64,000 bases of DNA. It comes from an uncultured Sulfurovum sp. Lineage in GTDB: Bacteria; Campylobacterota; Campylobacteria; Campylobacterales; Sulfurovaceae. The notes under the pieces were generated by a model. The model was not told the DNA's origin. It saw nothing but the letters and a program-made list of their open reading frames with translations, and made no database searches. Where the stretch lies: assembly GCA_964573285.1 (NCBI GenBank), contig CAZNJD010000005.1, positions 19,909-83,908 on the forward strand, read 5' to 3'. Both the position numbers and the translations under genes were made by a program. Below are positions 43,574 through 53,447 of the stretch, one piece after another (the stretch's first letter is position 1; every line of letters begins with the position of its first letter).

Positions 43574-45358
43574 ATGGCGAAAATAGTATTACCAAATCAA
43601 AGACGAGCAACAGGAGAGTTAAGAAAAGCTATATTTAAAGCAAAAACAGCATTTATTATGGCCGGTTTTTTTAGCATGTTTATTAATCTCCTTATGCTTG
43701 TTCCTACTCTTTATATGTTGCAACTTTATGGTAGAGTAGTTACAAGTAGAAGTCAAGAGACTCTTATTATGCTTACTGCTATTGTTGTAGTGTTGTTTAT
43801 AACTTTAGCATTATTGGAGATTGTTCGTTCGCGAGTTCTTATACGAATAAGTAATAAAATGGATAGTATTTTAAATAAAAGAGTTTTCGATTCTCTATTT
43901 AAATTAGCTGAGAAATATCCAAATAAAGCATCTTCGAGTGCATTAAGCGATTTAACACAAATTAGACAATTTATGACAGGTAATGGACTATTTGCTTTTT
44001 TTGATGCTCCTTGGCTTCCTATATATGTAGGTGTCTTATTTCTATTTCATCCTGATTATGGCTATTTTTCTTTAGTAGCTATTGTTATCTTATTAACTAT
44101 TACAACTTTAAATGAGTATTCTACAAAAAGTAAACTCCAAGAAGCGAATAAGTTTAATAGTGAAGCTATGATGTATGTAAATAGCAATTTAAGAAATGCT
44201 GAAGTAATACATGCTATGGGCATGAAAGATAATATTGGACGAAGATGGCAAGATAAACATTATAAATTTCTAAATGCACAATCAAAAGCTAGTGCTAGTG
44301 CTAGTATATGGGCAAATACATCTAAGATTACAAGAATGATGTTACAATCTTTAATGTTAGGTCTGGGTGGATATTTGGCTATTAATAATGAAGTAGGTTC
44401 TGGGATGATGATTGCTGGTTCTATTATGCTAGGTCGTGCATTAGCACCACTTGATTTAATGGTAAATACATGGAAACAGTTTAGTAGTGCTAGAACCTCT
44501 TATACTAGACTTAATGCCCTATTAAATGATTTCCCAAAAGAGAAAGAGTATATGGAATTACCTGCTCCAACTGGAGAACTACTTTTAGAACAAATTGTAG
44601 TTGTTCCCCCTAATGGGAAAGAGCCATCAATTAGAGGTATATCTATGAAAATAAATAAAGGTGATGTAGTGGGTATTATTGGACCTAGTGCTGCTGGTAA
44701 ATCATCTCTTGCTAGAGCTGTTTTGGGATTATGGCCATTAGCTAATGGTAAAGTTAGACTTGATGGTGCAGATATATCACAATGGGATAAAGTAAAATTA
44801 GGTCAATATATTGGTTATCTTCCACAAGATATAGAACTATTTGAGGGAACTGTTAGCGAAAATATTGCTAGATTTGGTGAAATTGATGCAAAAAAAGTAG
44901 TGGAAGCAGCACAGAAAGCTGGTGTACATGAGATGATATTAAAGCTACCTGATGGATATGATACCAAGATAGGGATTGGTGGGTCTTCTTTGTCTGGTGG
45001 ACAGAGACAGAGAATTGGTTTAGTAAGAGCTATCTATAATAATCCTATATTAGTAGTATTAGATGAACCAAATTCTAATTTGGATGAGTTTGGAGAGTTA
45101 GGATTAATACAAGCTATAAACTCTCTAAAACAAAATGGTTCAACAGTTATTATTATTACACATAGACCAAATATATTACAAGTTACAAATAAAATAGCTG
45201 TAATGAAAAATGGACTTTTGGAAATGTATGGTAATAGCAATGAGGTTCTAGCAAAATTACGAGAAAACTCTGCTCCAAAACCACAACAACATACAAAGCA
45301 ACCCTCACCTGCTAAACCAACTATGCAAAAAGTAACTCTTGGTAAACCAAGTAATTAA
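43574..45358 (+). CDS. Type I secretion ABC transporter (PrtD/SapD family); probable start ATG 43574
   Basis: YMLQLYGRV, AFFDAPW, GPSAAGKS, GYLPQDIELF, LSGGQRQRIG, LDEPNSNLD; no C39 domain. Confidence 0.93.
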   Translation: MAKIVLPNQRRATGELRKAIFKAKTAFIMAGFFSMFINLLMLVPTLYMLQLYGRVVTSRSQETLIMLTAIVVVLFITLALLEIVRSRVLIRISNKMDSILNKRVFDSLFKLAEKYPNKASSSALSDLTQIRQFMTGNGLFAFFDAPWLPIYVGVLFLFHPDYGYFSLVAIVILLTITTLNEYSTKSKLQEANKFNSEAMMYVNSNLRNAEVIHAMGMKDNIGRRWQDKHYKFLNAQSKASASASIWANTSKITRMMLQSLMLGLGGYLAINNEVGSGMMIAGSIMLGRALAPLDLMVNTWKQFSSARTSYTRLNALLNDFPKEKEYMELPAPTGELLLEQIVVVPPNGKEPSIRGISMKINKGDVVGIIGPSAAGKSSLARAVLGLWPLANGKVRLDGADISQWDKVKLGQYIGYLPQDIELFEGTVSENIARFGEIDAKKVVEAAQKAGVHEMILKLPDGYDTKIGIGGSSLSGGQRQRIGLVRAIYNNPILVVLDEPNSNLDEFGELGLIQAINSLKQNGSTVIIITHRPNILQVTNKIAVMKNGLLEMYGNSNEVLAKLRENSAPKPQQHTKQPSPAKPTMQKVTLGKPSN

Positions 45359-45368
45359 GGAAAAAGTG

Positions 45369-46664
45369 ATGAAAGATAAAAATAATAATATGCCTTCGCA
45401 TAATACTACTCCTGCAATACTTTTTGGACTAACTGTTCTTTTTATTGTATTTGGACTATTTGGTGGTTGGTCTTATTATGCACCACTTGCAACATCTTCT
45501 GTAGCATCTGGACAAGTATCAGCAGGTTTAGCAAAAAAAACAATCCAACACCTAGATGGTGGAATTGTAAAAGCAATTTATGTAAAAGATGGGGATATAG
45601 TAAAAAAAGGTGAGGTATTAATAGAATTAGAAGATATTCAAATAAAAGAAAATCTAAATATATTAAACTCCCAATATCAAGATATGATAGCACTATATGC
45701 AAGACTAAAAGCTCAAAGAGATAACAAAAGCTCAATTGCTTTTCCTAAAGAGGCAACCAATAAAAATATAATCAAAAATCAAAAAAATATATTTTATGCT
45801 AATAAAAAATCTGTAAAAGATGAAGATATAATTACTCAAAAAAGAGTTCTTCAAACTAAAAATCAGATTAGTAGCCTAAAAGCACTTATTAATAGTAATA
45901 AAAATAGATTAAGAGCTATAGCAAAAGAGAGAAAAGAGCAACAAATTCTATTCAACCAGCAACTTGTAGATAAACTAAAAATCCAAGATTTAGATAGAGA
46001 AGCTAATCGTATAGAGGGTGATATATCTAGTAAAATATCTGATGTCGCAAGATTGAGAGAACAAATTAATGAGCTTAAAACTCAGAAACTTCTACGAAAA
46101 AAGAAATTTAAAGAGGAGACATTAGATAAATTAGTTCAAACTAAATCTAAAATTGAAGATTTGAAATCAAAAATTATTGCAACTAAAGATAAACTAAAAC
46201 GAACAAAAATTATCGCACCTACTAGTGGAACTATTGTTGGATTAAAAATGCATACTATAGGTGGTGTAATAGGTAGAGGTCAAGATATACTTGAAATTGT
46301 ACCAAAAGATGCAAAACTAATTGTAATAGCAAAAGTAAAAACTACAGATATAGATGATGTTCATGTCGGATTAGTTGCAAATATGATGTTCCCTGCATTT
46401 AATGCAAAAAAATTACATGTTATAAATGGAAAAGTTATAACAGTATCAGCAGATAGTTTTGTAGATAAGGCATCTCATCAACCATATTATGAGGCAAAAG
46501 TAGAACTTACAGAACAAGGAATGAAAGAGCTCAAAAAGCATAATTTTACACTTGTAGCAGGAATGCCTGCAACTGTTATGATACAAACGGGTACAAGAAC
46601 ACTATTAGATTACTTTATAAAACCATTTAAACAGATGACATCAAGAGGTTTCAATGAAAAATAG
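45369..46664 (+). CDS. Type I secretion membrane fusion protein (HlyD/PrtE/SapE)
   Basis: TM, IQHLDGGIV, coiled coil, IIAPTSG, GMPA, RTLLDYFIKP. Confidence 0.93.
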   Translation: MKDKNNNMPSHNTTPAILFGLTVLFIVFGLFGGWSYYAPLATSSVASGQVSAGLAKKTIQHLDGGIVKAIYVKDGDIVKKGEVLIELEDIQIKENLNILNSQYQDMIALYARLKAQRDNKSSIAFPKEATNKNIIKNQKNIFYANKKSVKDEDIITQKRVLQTKNQISSLKALINSNKNRLRAIAKERKEQQILFNQQLVDKLKIQDLDREANRIEGDISSKISDVARLREQINELKTQKLLRKKKFKEETLDKLVQTKSKIEDLKSKIIATKDKLKRTKIIAPTSGTIVGLKMHTIGGVIGRGQDILEIVPKDAKLIVIAKVKTTDIDDVHVGLVANMMFPAFNAKKLHVINGKVITVSADSFVDKASHQPYYEAKVELTEQGMKELKKHNFTLVAGMPATVMIQTGTRTLLDYFIKPFKQMTSRGFNEK

Positions 46665-47946
46665 TAAAATAATTTTAGCTATATTTTTATTATATAGCTA
46701 TAGTAGTGCAAAGGTTTTAACTATTTCAGATGCTTACAATCTAGCACTACAAAATTCGAAAAGTATTAAATCATCAGAGTATCAAATCGAAGCAAATAAG
46801 CAACAATTAAATCAAGCAAAAGCAGAGTTTTATCCACAAATATATCTATCAGCTGATTATGGTAAAAAAGAGTATGATGCTTCAGGAACAGGACGATTAT
46901 CAAACTATACACTCTCTTTCAATGAGTCTATTTATGATGCTAGTAAGATAAATAGAATTGATGTTACTAAGTCTAAAATTAAGTTAGATAACTTTAAAGT
47001 TGAGTTTCAAAAACAAGAGTTAGCTCAAACAATTTTCAAAATATATATGGATATATTAAAATCTAAAAATAAAATAGAGGTATATAATGCATATATCAAT
47101 GCGAAAAAAAAGAGAGTAGAACTTCTAAATAAAAAATTGGAAATGTCTTTAGGAAATAAAACAGATTTATTACAAGGTAAAGTTGATTATCACTTTTCAC
47201 AAATGGATTTAAGACGAGAAAAAAAGTTAATTCGTGTTAATAAATTAAAATTAAAACATTTAACAGGTATTAAATCAATTGAACTACCTACAATAGATTT
47301 TGATAGAGTAACAGATGAAGTAGTGGCAAAAATGAGAGATGCGATAGAAAGTAGTAACAATCAGTTTGACTCAAATCTAAGGCTAGAGCAGTCCAAGATG
47401 AACCTTGATTTATCGGCAAAAGAGATAAAACAAGCTAAATCTGCTCATCTGCCAACAATTAGTGTCAATGCACAATATTCAAAAATAAATGCAGAAGCCA
47501 AAGTATCGAGTTTGGAAAATACTAAATCAATTATGTTACAAATTCAAGTTCCAATATATCAAGGTGGAGCAGTAGAGTCAAGAGTTACAGCATCCAAATT
47601 ATCATACAATTCAGCTCAAGAGGATTTACTACAAGTCCAAGATGAAATAAAAGAAGAGTATGAAGAAAATTTAGCTACATTTGATGCATCATCCAAATCT
47701 CTACCATTATATACAGAATCACTAAATTCAGCTAGAGCATATTTAAACTCAATTCAACAAAGTGTGAATGCGGGATTAAAGAGTAGTTTAGATTTAAATG
47801 ATGCAAAAAGTAAACTCTATGAAGTAAAGTATAGATTTGTATCAAATATCTATGATATGATAAATGCATATATTGATTTATTGGTTGTTACTAATCAATT
47901 TGATAGTTTAGGACTAATTGATGAGATTATAGTTCCAAGAAATTAA
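46654..47946 (+). CDS. TolC family outer-membrane channel (PrtF/SapF)
   Basis: Signal peptide; duplicated OEP pattern AKAEFYPQI / AKSAHLPTI, VPIYQGG. Confidence 0.9.
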   Translation: MKNSKIILAIFLLYSYSSAKVLTISDAYNLALQNSKSIKSSEYQIEANKQQLNQAKAEFYPQIYLSADYGKKEYDASGTGRLSNYTLSFNESIYDASKINRIDVTKSKIKLDNFKVEFQKQELAQTIFKIYMDILKSKNKIEVYNAYINAKKKRVELLNKKLEMSLGNKTDLLQGKVDYHFSQMDLRREKKLIRVNKLKLKHLTGIKSIELPTIDFDRVTDEVVAKMRDAIESSNNQFDSNLRLEQSKMNLDLSAKEIKQAKSAHLPTISVNAQYSKINAEAKVSSLENTKSIMLQIQVPIYQGGAVESRVTASKLSYNSAQEDLLQVQDEIKEEYEENLATFDASSKSLPLYTESLNSARAYLNSIQQSVNAGLKSSLDLNDAKSKLYEVKYRFVSNIYDMINAYIDLLVVTNQFDSLGLIDEIIVPRN

Positions 47947-47957
47947 ATAAAAAAATC

Positions 47958-49271
47958 TTATATCATCTTCTGCCCTAACCATTGAGGATGAAGATATTTA
48001 CTATACTCATAAAGAATAGTAGTAAACTTACTCTCAAACTTCCACTCATAAAAGGCATATTTATCATCTTCTCGTTTAAACCTTTTATTTATGGAGTAGA
48101 AATATCCTCCATATTTGAGTGTTCTATCTATATGTTTAATATAATATTTAGCATACACTTTAGACATTTCAGACATTGAATATGTATCAATAACTAAATC
48201 AACAGTAGAGTTTGGAATATATGAACTAACCCATGGTGGAATAAGTATAAAATCATACTCTTCTATAATCTTATCAAATTCATCCAATCTGTCTATAATA
48301 TCGCTTAAATATGCTACCTTTTTATTTGGGAAATTATAAGCTATAAAATATGCACAGTAGGTTAGGGTTTCAGGTAAATCTAGTAATATATGAGAACTAT
48401 TTGGAATATATGATTTAAGTATCCTTGCTAATCCTCCATATCCTGCTCCTATCTCCCAAATTACTGGTCGTTTTGGTAGTATAGTATTCTTTAATAAATT
48501 ATCAACCATAATCGAATGAAATAGAACTCTAAGACTAAGCCTAATCCCTCTATAGTGAACACAAAGATTATTTCCTGCATAGCTCTCTGATAGACTAAAC
48601 AGTATCTCTTTTTGTACTATTTTGGCATGTCTATGATACTCTAATACTAAATCTATCGCTTTTAAATAAGAGATATAGTAACCAAAATCTCTATTAACTA
48701 CCAAAAACTGGTCTCTAACAATATTAGCAGGTAACTCTTTTACTCCTCTAAAATTAACTAGGTATTCTTGGTTTATATTCTCCTCTTTGTCAAATAGTTC
48801 TCTTTTGAATGTTTGAGTCATCTCTTCCCACCATGAGGCTCTATCAAATCTATCTGGGTCATTATCATTGGCTAAAAAGTATGATTTTTCTATGATTTTA
48901 AAGATGTTACTATCTACTGTTCTGTTTTTTTCTAGTTCTACTAGTGGTGGTTTAGGGTATGGTACATTATCATTACCTATTGCATAAATAGAGTACATAT
49001 CTATCTTATCAAAACCATCTAATAGTATCTGTTTTTTAAATATAACTCCATTTGACAATAGAGATATAAACTCTCTAAAAGCAAAACCAACCCGTCCTAT
49101 AAAAGTATAAAATTTAATAGGTTCTAATGGACATAATGGAGCTACATCATTACTAAGTAAAAATTGTGATTGAGGTTGATAGACTATTTTTTGGTATAGA
49201 TTTTTGAGCTCTTTTTTTAGAAATAGTGGGCGTTTGATTAGCCATTTAATGGTATATATAATATTTTTCAT
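47958..49271 (-). CDS. Putative sugar O-methyltransferase with N-terminal extension
   Basis: WEIGAGYGGLAR, LLDLPETL, DLVIDTYSMSEM, GGYFYSIN. Confidence 0.75.
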   Translation of the reverse strand: MKNIIYTIKWLIKRPLFLKKELKNLYQKIVYQPQSQFLLSNDVAPLCPLEPIKFYTFIGRVGFAFREFISLLSNGVIFKKQILLDGFDKIDMYSIYAIGNDNVPYPKPPLVELEKNRTVDSNIFKIIEKSYFLANDNDPDRFDRASWWEEMTQTFKRELFDKEENINQEYLVNFRGVKELPANIVRDQFLVVNRDFGYYISYLKAIDLVLEYHRHAKIVQKEILFSLSESYAGNNLCVHYRGIRLSLRVLFHSIMVDNLLKNTILPKRPVIWEIGAGYGGLARILKSYIPNSSHILLDLPETLTYCAYFIAYNFPNKKVAYLSDIIDRLDEFDKIIEEYDFILIPPWVSSYIPNSTVDLVIDTYSMSEMSKVYAKYYIKHIDRTLKYGGYFYSINKRFKREDDKYAFYEWKFESKFTTILYEYSKYLHPQWLGQKMI

Positions 49272-49981
49272 TTAATTGCTAAAATACCCTCAAAAGGACC
49301 AAATTTTGCAACACTCATAATATCCACAAACCCTGCTCTTTTTAGCATATCTATATTTCCTTGTGTAGAAAATGGTTCTAATACTCCTTTGAGGCTTCTT
49401 GATTTTTGTATAATCTCTTCAGGACTATAACCCTGTTCTAGTTTATACTCATTATAAACACCTGTCATAATATCTTGAAATCTAGCATCAGGGGCTCTAA
49501 CTTTTTCAAAATATAAGAATGCACCACCCCAATTTAAGCTTTGATATATTTTATCAATTAATAGTTGTCTATGACTTGGACGAATAAACTGTACGACATA
49601 GTATGAAGTAACAAAATCAGATGACTTGAAATCATACTCTAATACATCTGCATATATAAAATCCAAACTATCCATCTTATATCTATCTTTTGCACTACAA
49701 ACCATATCCTCTTCTATATCTAATCCAATGAACTTTGCATCTCTATCAATAAATCTCTGTGCAAGTTTATATGAGAGTATTCCTGTTGAAGTACCTATCT
49801 CATAACATATAGAATCATCTTTTACAAAATAATCACTAATTTTTAAGATAATATCATGTCCCTCATTATATAAAGGAACTGATTTTTGAACATGTTCTTC
49901 AAAATCTTTTACCATTTCACCTGAAAATTTCCAACCTGCATTTTGTGTACTTATATTATCACCAACTGAATTTTTACTCAT
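49268..49981 (-). CDS. CmoA-like SAM-dependent enzyme
   Basis: WKFS...FEEHVQKSVPLY, EIGTSTG, YVVQF, GGAFLYFEK, GYSPEEIIQK. Confidence 0.8.
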   Translation of the reverse strand: MSKNSVGDNISTQNAGWKFSGEMVKDFEEHVQKSVPLYNEGHDIILKISDYFVKDDSICYEIGTSTGILSYKLAQRFIDRDAKFIGLDIEEDMVCSAKDRYKMDSLDFIYADVLEYDFKSSDFVTSYYVVQFIRPSHRQLLIDKIYQSLNWGGAFLYFEKVRAPDARFQDIMTGVYNEYKLEQGYSPEEIIQKSRSLKGVLEPFSTQGNIDMLKRAGFVDIMSVAKFGPFEGILAIK

Positions 49982-51165
49982 AATAGTCCTTTATAGTTAT
50001 TTTCTTTTTTTAATAAAAAAATCAATATTAATAATAGATATATTAGTTGAAAAACTATAAATAGCTTTCCCATACCAACACTATTTGATTTACATGTTTG
50101 AGATATGTTTACATCAACCCTAGATATATTTGTATCAACCCTAGATAACATTTTAACATCATCTATTAATCCACTATTATGAACCTCAAATGAGTTAACT
50201 GCTATCAAACTATTATTAGGCTCAAAATCTTTTATATCTTCGTCTAAATCTCTAGTAATCCCCTGCCATAATCCAAGCTCATTTATAGGGTTATCTCCTG
50301 ACCATACTGAACCTATTGCTCTATCATCACCCAAAGCATGATGTATTGTTTTTCCATTTTCGATTAGACCTAAATTATTCTCTCCTAAAGTATATACTAA
50401 ATCTCTATTTCCATCTATAGTAGTTACATTTACTCTAAACTCAAAAGCATCTATATCTCTAATTGTTCCTCTCTCATCTAATATTTCAGGCTCTCCTCCA
50501 AAACCCTTAAATCTCCACTGTAAGATTTTAAAACTCCTATTATTGATATCTAGTTTATACTCATCTTCAACTTTTATCTCTCTATCTTGATAAATTATCT
50601 CTTGTGGAGTATAAAGGAGAATATCATCTAATCTTCCTCCATCTCCTCCATTATAGATAAATCCATTAACAGATATTAATTTATTTTTCGGTTCTGCATC
50701 TTCTATATCTCTTTGTAAATCTCTTGTTACCATTCTCCATCTACCATCTATTGTAGCTTCTCCTAAGCCATGATGAATTCCATTTGATAAACCATGCCTT
50801 AGACCTCTACTTGGCGTACTCACATAAAAAATATATCTAAGCCCTTCTGTAGTTTGTACTACAACATATATAGTATATGCTACATCTGTTTTCATTTTCC
50901 AAGAAATAGTTTTATCTTTAGTAATATTTAAAGCTCTATCTCCACCTGTTGCACCAATCTTATATGAGCCTCCACCATCTAACTCTATAACTCTACTATT
51001 AATCTGGGTATCATATATATTAGAAATATCATCTCTACCTCCTTGGACTATTCTCCAAGAATTAGTAGTTCCATCTTCAGCATCTTCTATAACTGTTTTG
51101 GCTTCTAGTATAGAACAAAATATTAATAGTAGTAGCAGTAATAGTTTAGAATGTCGAAATATCAT
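49978..51165 (-). CDS. Secreted, membrane-anchored protein with two copies of the EDAEDG...IDD repeat domain and a C-terminal TM plus basic tail
   Basis: Signal peptide, EDAEDG, W...RDL..D....EP.N.L...N.F, GLIDDVKMLSR, C-terminal hydrophobic helix then KKENNYK. Confidence 0.75.
   Translation of the reverse strand: MIFRHSKLLLLLLLIFCSILEAKTVIEDAEDGTTNSWRIVQGGRDDISNIYDTQINSRVIELDGGGSYKIGATGGDRALNITKDKTISWKMKTDVAYTIYVVVQTTEGLRYIFYVSTPSRGLRHGLSNGIHHGLGEATIDGRWRMVTRDLQRDIEDAEPKNKLISVNGFIYNGGDGGRLDDILLYTPQEIIYQDREIKVEDEYKLDINNRSFKILQWRFKGFGGEPEILDERGTIRDIDAFEFRVNVTTIDGNRDLVYTLGENNLGLIENGKTIHHALGDDRAIGSVWSGDNPINELGLWQGITRDLDEDIKDFEPNNSLIAVNSFEVHNSGLIDDVKMLSRVDTNISRVDVNISQTCKSNSVGMGKLFIVFQLIYLLLILIFLLKKENNYKGLL
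50101..50142 (-). repeat. 2 x 21-bp tandem repeat encoding RVDTNIS / RVDVNIS
   Basis: AGATATGTTTACATCAACCCT followed by AGATATATTTGTATCAACCCT. Confidence 0.8.
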
Positions 51166-53275
51166 CTATTCGTCCTGTTCCACGAATTATAAAACTATTT
51201 ATTGATATAAGCTTATTTCCTGCTTCTGCATTAGATATATCTTGGGCTAAATCTCGTTTGATTGTGTGCCATGTACCATTAGCTGTATTAGCTCCTGCAC
51301 CCAAACGAATATAACTACCCTTTAATCCTCTATCATCATCTCTTGGTGTATATACTAAATATCTTCTTCCATTTGAAGTCTCTGTTTCTATATATATAGT
51401 AAAAGGCTCTGCATAGTTCATACTCCACTCTATATTATGATGAGTTGTATCATTCCAATTACTATTTTGAGCATCTCTTAATCTATATCCATCTCCCAAA
51501 CCAATCCCTTGTAGCTGGATAACTCTACCTCCTCTACTATCATCTATTACATTAGTGATATTTGCTTCTCCTGAGGCATTTGCATAAATTGACCAACCAT
51601 TAGTATTATTATCTTCGGCATCTTCATAAACTACTTTATTATAAGTTAACATGGTTTTTATATCATCTATTTTACCTGTTCCACGAATTAAAAAAGCATT
51701 AATCCCAACTATATTATTATCTGGTTCAAACTCTCGTAAATCATCTTGAAGATTACGACTGATAGTATGCCATGTTCCATCAGCTATATCTGTACCTAAT
51801 CCAAAGCTAATATAGTTACCTGATTTACCTCTATCCTCATCTCTTCTCTCATAGTTCATATATCTAACACCATTTGTTGTTTCAACAGCAATATATATTG
51901 CAAAATTTTCACTATAATTCATACTCCAACTAATAGCCTTATGGTCTCTATTATTCCATTTGCCATCACCTGTTCTTCGACCTATCTCATAACCATTTGC
52001 TATCCCATCACCATGGAACTCTATTACCCTACCTTTGATATTATCAACTATATTTGTTATTGTTGCTCCTGTAGGGTCATTATCATAAATATGCCAATCA
52101 TCTATCGTTCCATCTTCTGCATCTTCATATACTATATCATCCTGTGGATTTAGTATGATTGGTCGAGACAACATCTTGACATCATCAATCAGACCACTCC
52201 CCCTAACTTCAAAAGAGTTTACAGAAATTAGTTTATTATTAGGTTCAAAATCGCTTAAATCTTGTTTTAAATCTCTAGTAACACTCTGCCAAAAATCATT
52301 AACTGCACCAAAATCTCGTCTCTGTTCCCAACCATTTTGACCCATAAGTGAGCGTCCCCCCATCTCATGCCATATTGTTGTACCATTATTAATGATACCT
52401 CCACTTGGATAATAATTATTGCTATTTGTATATAGTAGCTCTCTCTCTCCTAGAGTAGTTTGAACATGAATAGATACTGAATAAGTTTCATAAAATCTAC
52501 TTTTCCATTGGATAATACTCTCTTGTGTGTTATTCCAATTGGGTGGATTTAATCTATAAGCATTATTGAGAGCATCTCCTTGTAACTGAATAACACTACC
52601 ATGGACATGATTACCTTGTGGGTCAAGAACTGTTGTAATAGTAGCACCTGTTGGGTCATTGTCAGATACTACCCAATCACTTATATTACTTCCGTCTGAA
52701 TATACCTTTTCAGTTGGATTATATAATAAAATATTATCTATAGATACATCAGCCCCAGCATAAATAAATCCATTAACAGCCAAAAGCTCATTATCAGGTT
52801 CTGAATCTTTTAAATCTGCTTCTAAATCTCTTGTATAAGTACGCCATACATTCTTATACTCACTATGATTATAACCCCCTAAACCGTGTAGAATTCCACC
52901 CTCTACACCATGTCTTAGAATTCTTTTTGGTAAATCATTATAGAAAAGGTATCTTGTCCCATTAGTAGTACTAACTACTACATATACTGTATATCTACTT
53001 CCCATAACCATTTTCCAAGATATACTCTTTTCTGTACTATTATTCCAAGCCAAATCACCTGATATTGCTCCCAATATCCAAGGACCTCCACTACCTTGTA
53101 ATCTAATTACCCTGCTATCTTGTGAAGGACTATAAATATTGGTTGCAGGTTGTCCATTTCCTTGTATTCTCCAACCATCAGCTAAACCATCTTCTCCGTT
53201 TTCATAAACTGTTGTAGCATTTGAGATTGTAATCAATACTAATATTATAAATATTAAGATACCTGTTCTTTTCAT
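51146..53275 (-). CDS. Secreted protein built from four copies of a Trp/Tyr-rich beta domain (CBM-like)
   Basis: Sec signal; units begin YENGEDG, YSDG, YEDAEDG, YEDAED and end IDN/IDD, with WNN, TTxGxRY and W...RDL..D...EP.N. Confidence 0.8.
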   Translation of the reverse strand: MKRTGILIFIILVLITISNATTVYENGEDGLADGWRIQGNGQPATNIYSPSQDSRVIRLQGSGGPWILGAISGDLAWNNSTEKSISWKMVMGSRYTVYVVVSTTNGTRYLFYNDLPKRILRHGVEGGILHGLGGYNHSEYKNVWRTYTRDLEADLKDSEPDNELLAVNGFIYAGADVSIDNILLYNPTEKVYSDGSNISDWVVSDNDPTGATITTVLDPQGNHVHGSVIQLQGDALNNAYRLNPPNWNNTQESIIQWKSRFYETYSVSIHVQTTLGERELLYTNSNNYYPSGGIINNGTTIWHEMGGRSLMGQNGWEQRRDFGAVNDFWQSVTRDLKQDLSDFEPNNKLISVNSFEVRGSGLIDDVKMLSRPIILNPQDDIVYEDAEDGTIDDWHIYDNDPTGATITNIVDNIKGRVIEFHGDGIANGYEIGRRTGDGKWNNRDHKAISWSMNYSENFAIYIAVETTNGVRYMNYERRDEDRGKSGNYISFGLGTDIADGTWHTISRNLQDDLREFEPDNNIVGINAFLIRGTGKIDDIKTMLTYNKVVYEDAEDNNTNGWSIYANASGEANITNVIDDSRGGRVIQLQGIGLGDGYRLRDAQNSNWNDTTHHNIEWSMNYAEPFTIYIETETSNGRRYLVYTPRDDDRGLKGSYIRLGAGANTANGTWHTIKRDLAQDISNAEAGNKLISINSFIIRGTGRIDDISTF

Positions 53276-53447
53276 TTCGTTTCCTTTCTTTTTTATTTTA
53301 ATAATTAATTTTTATATTATTATAAGTTTATAGATATATATATCAGCTTAAAATGTCTCAATATCATAACATCTTCCTAAACCTCAAATAACTACAGAGT
53401 TTATATTATATATTCTTTTATATTAAAAAAAGTTAAAAACTATTGTT

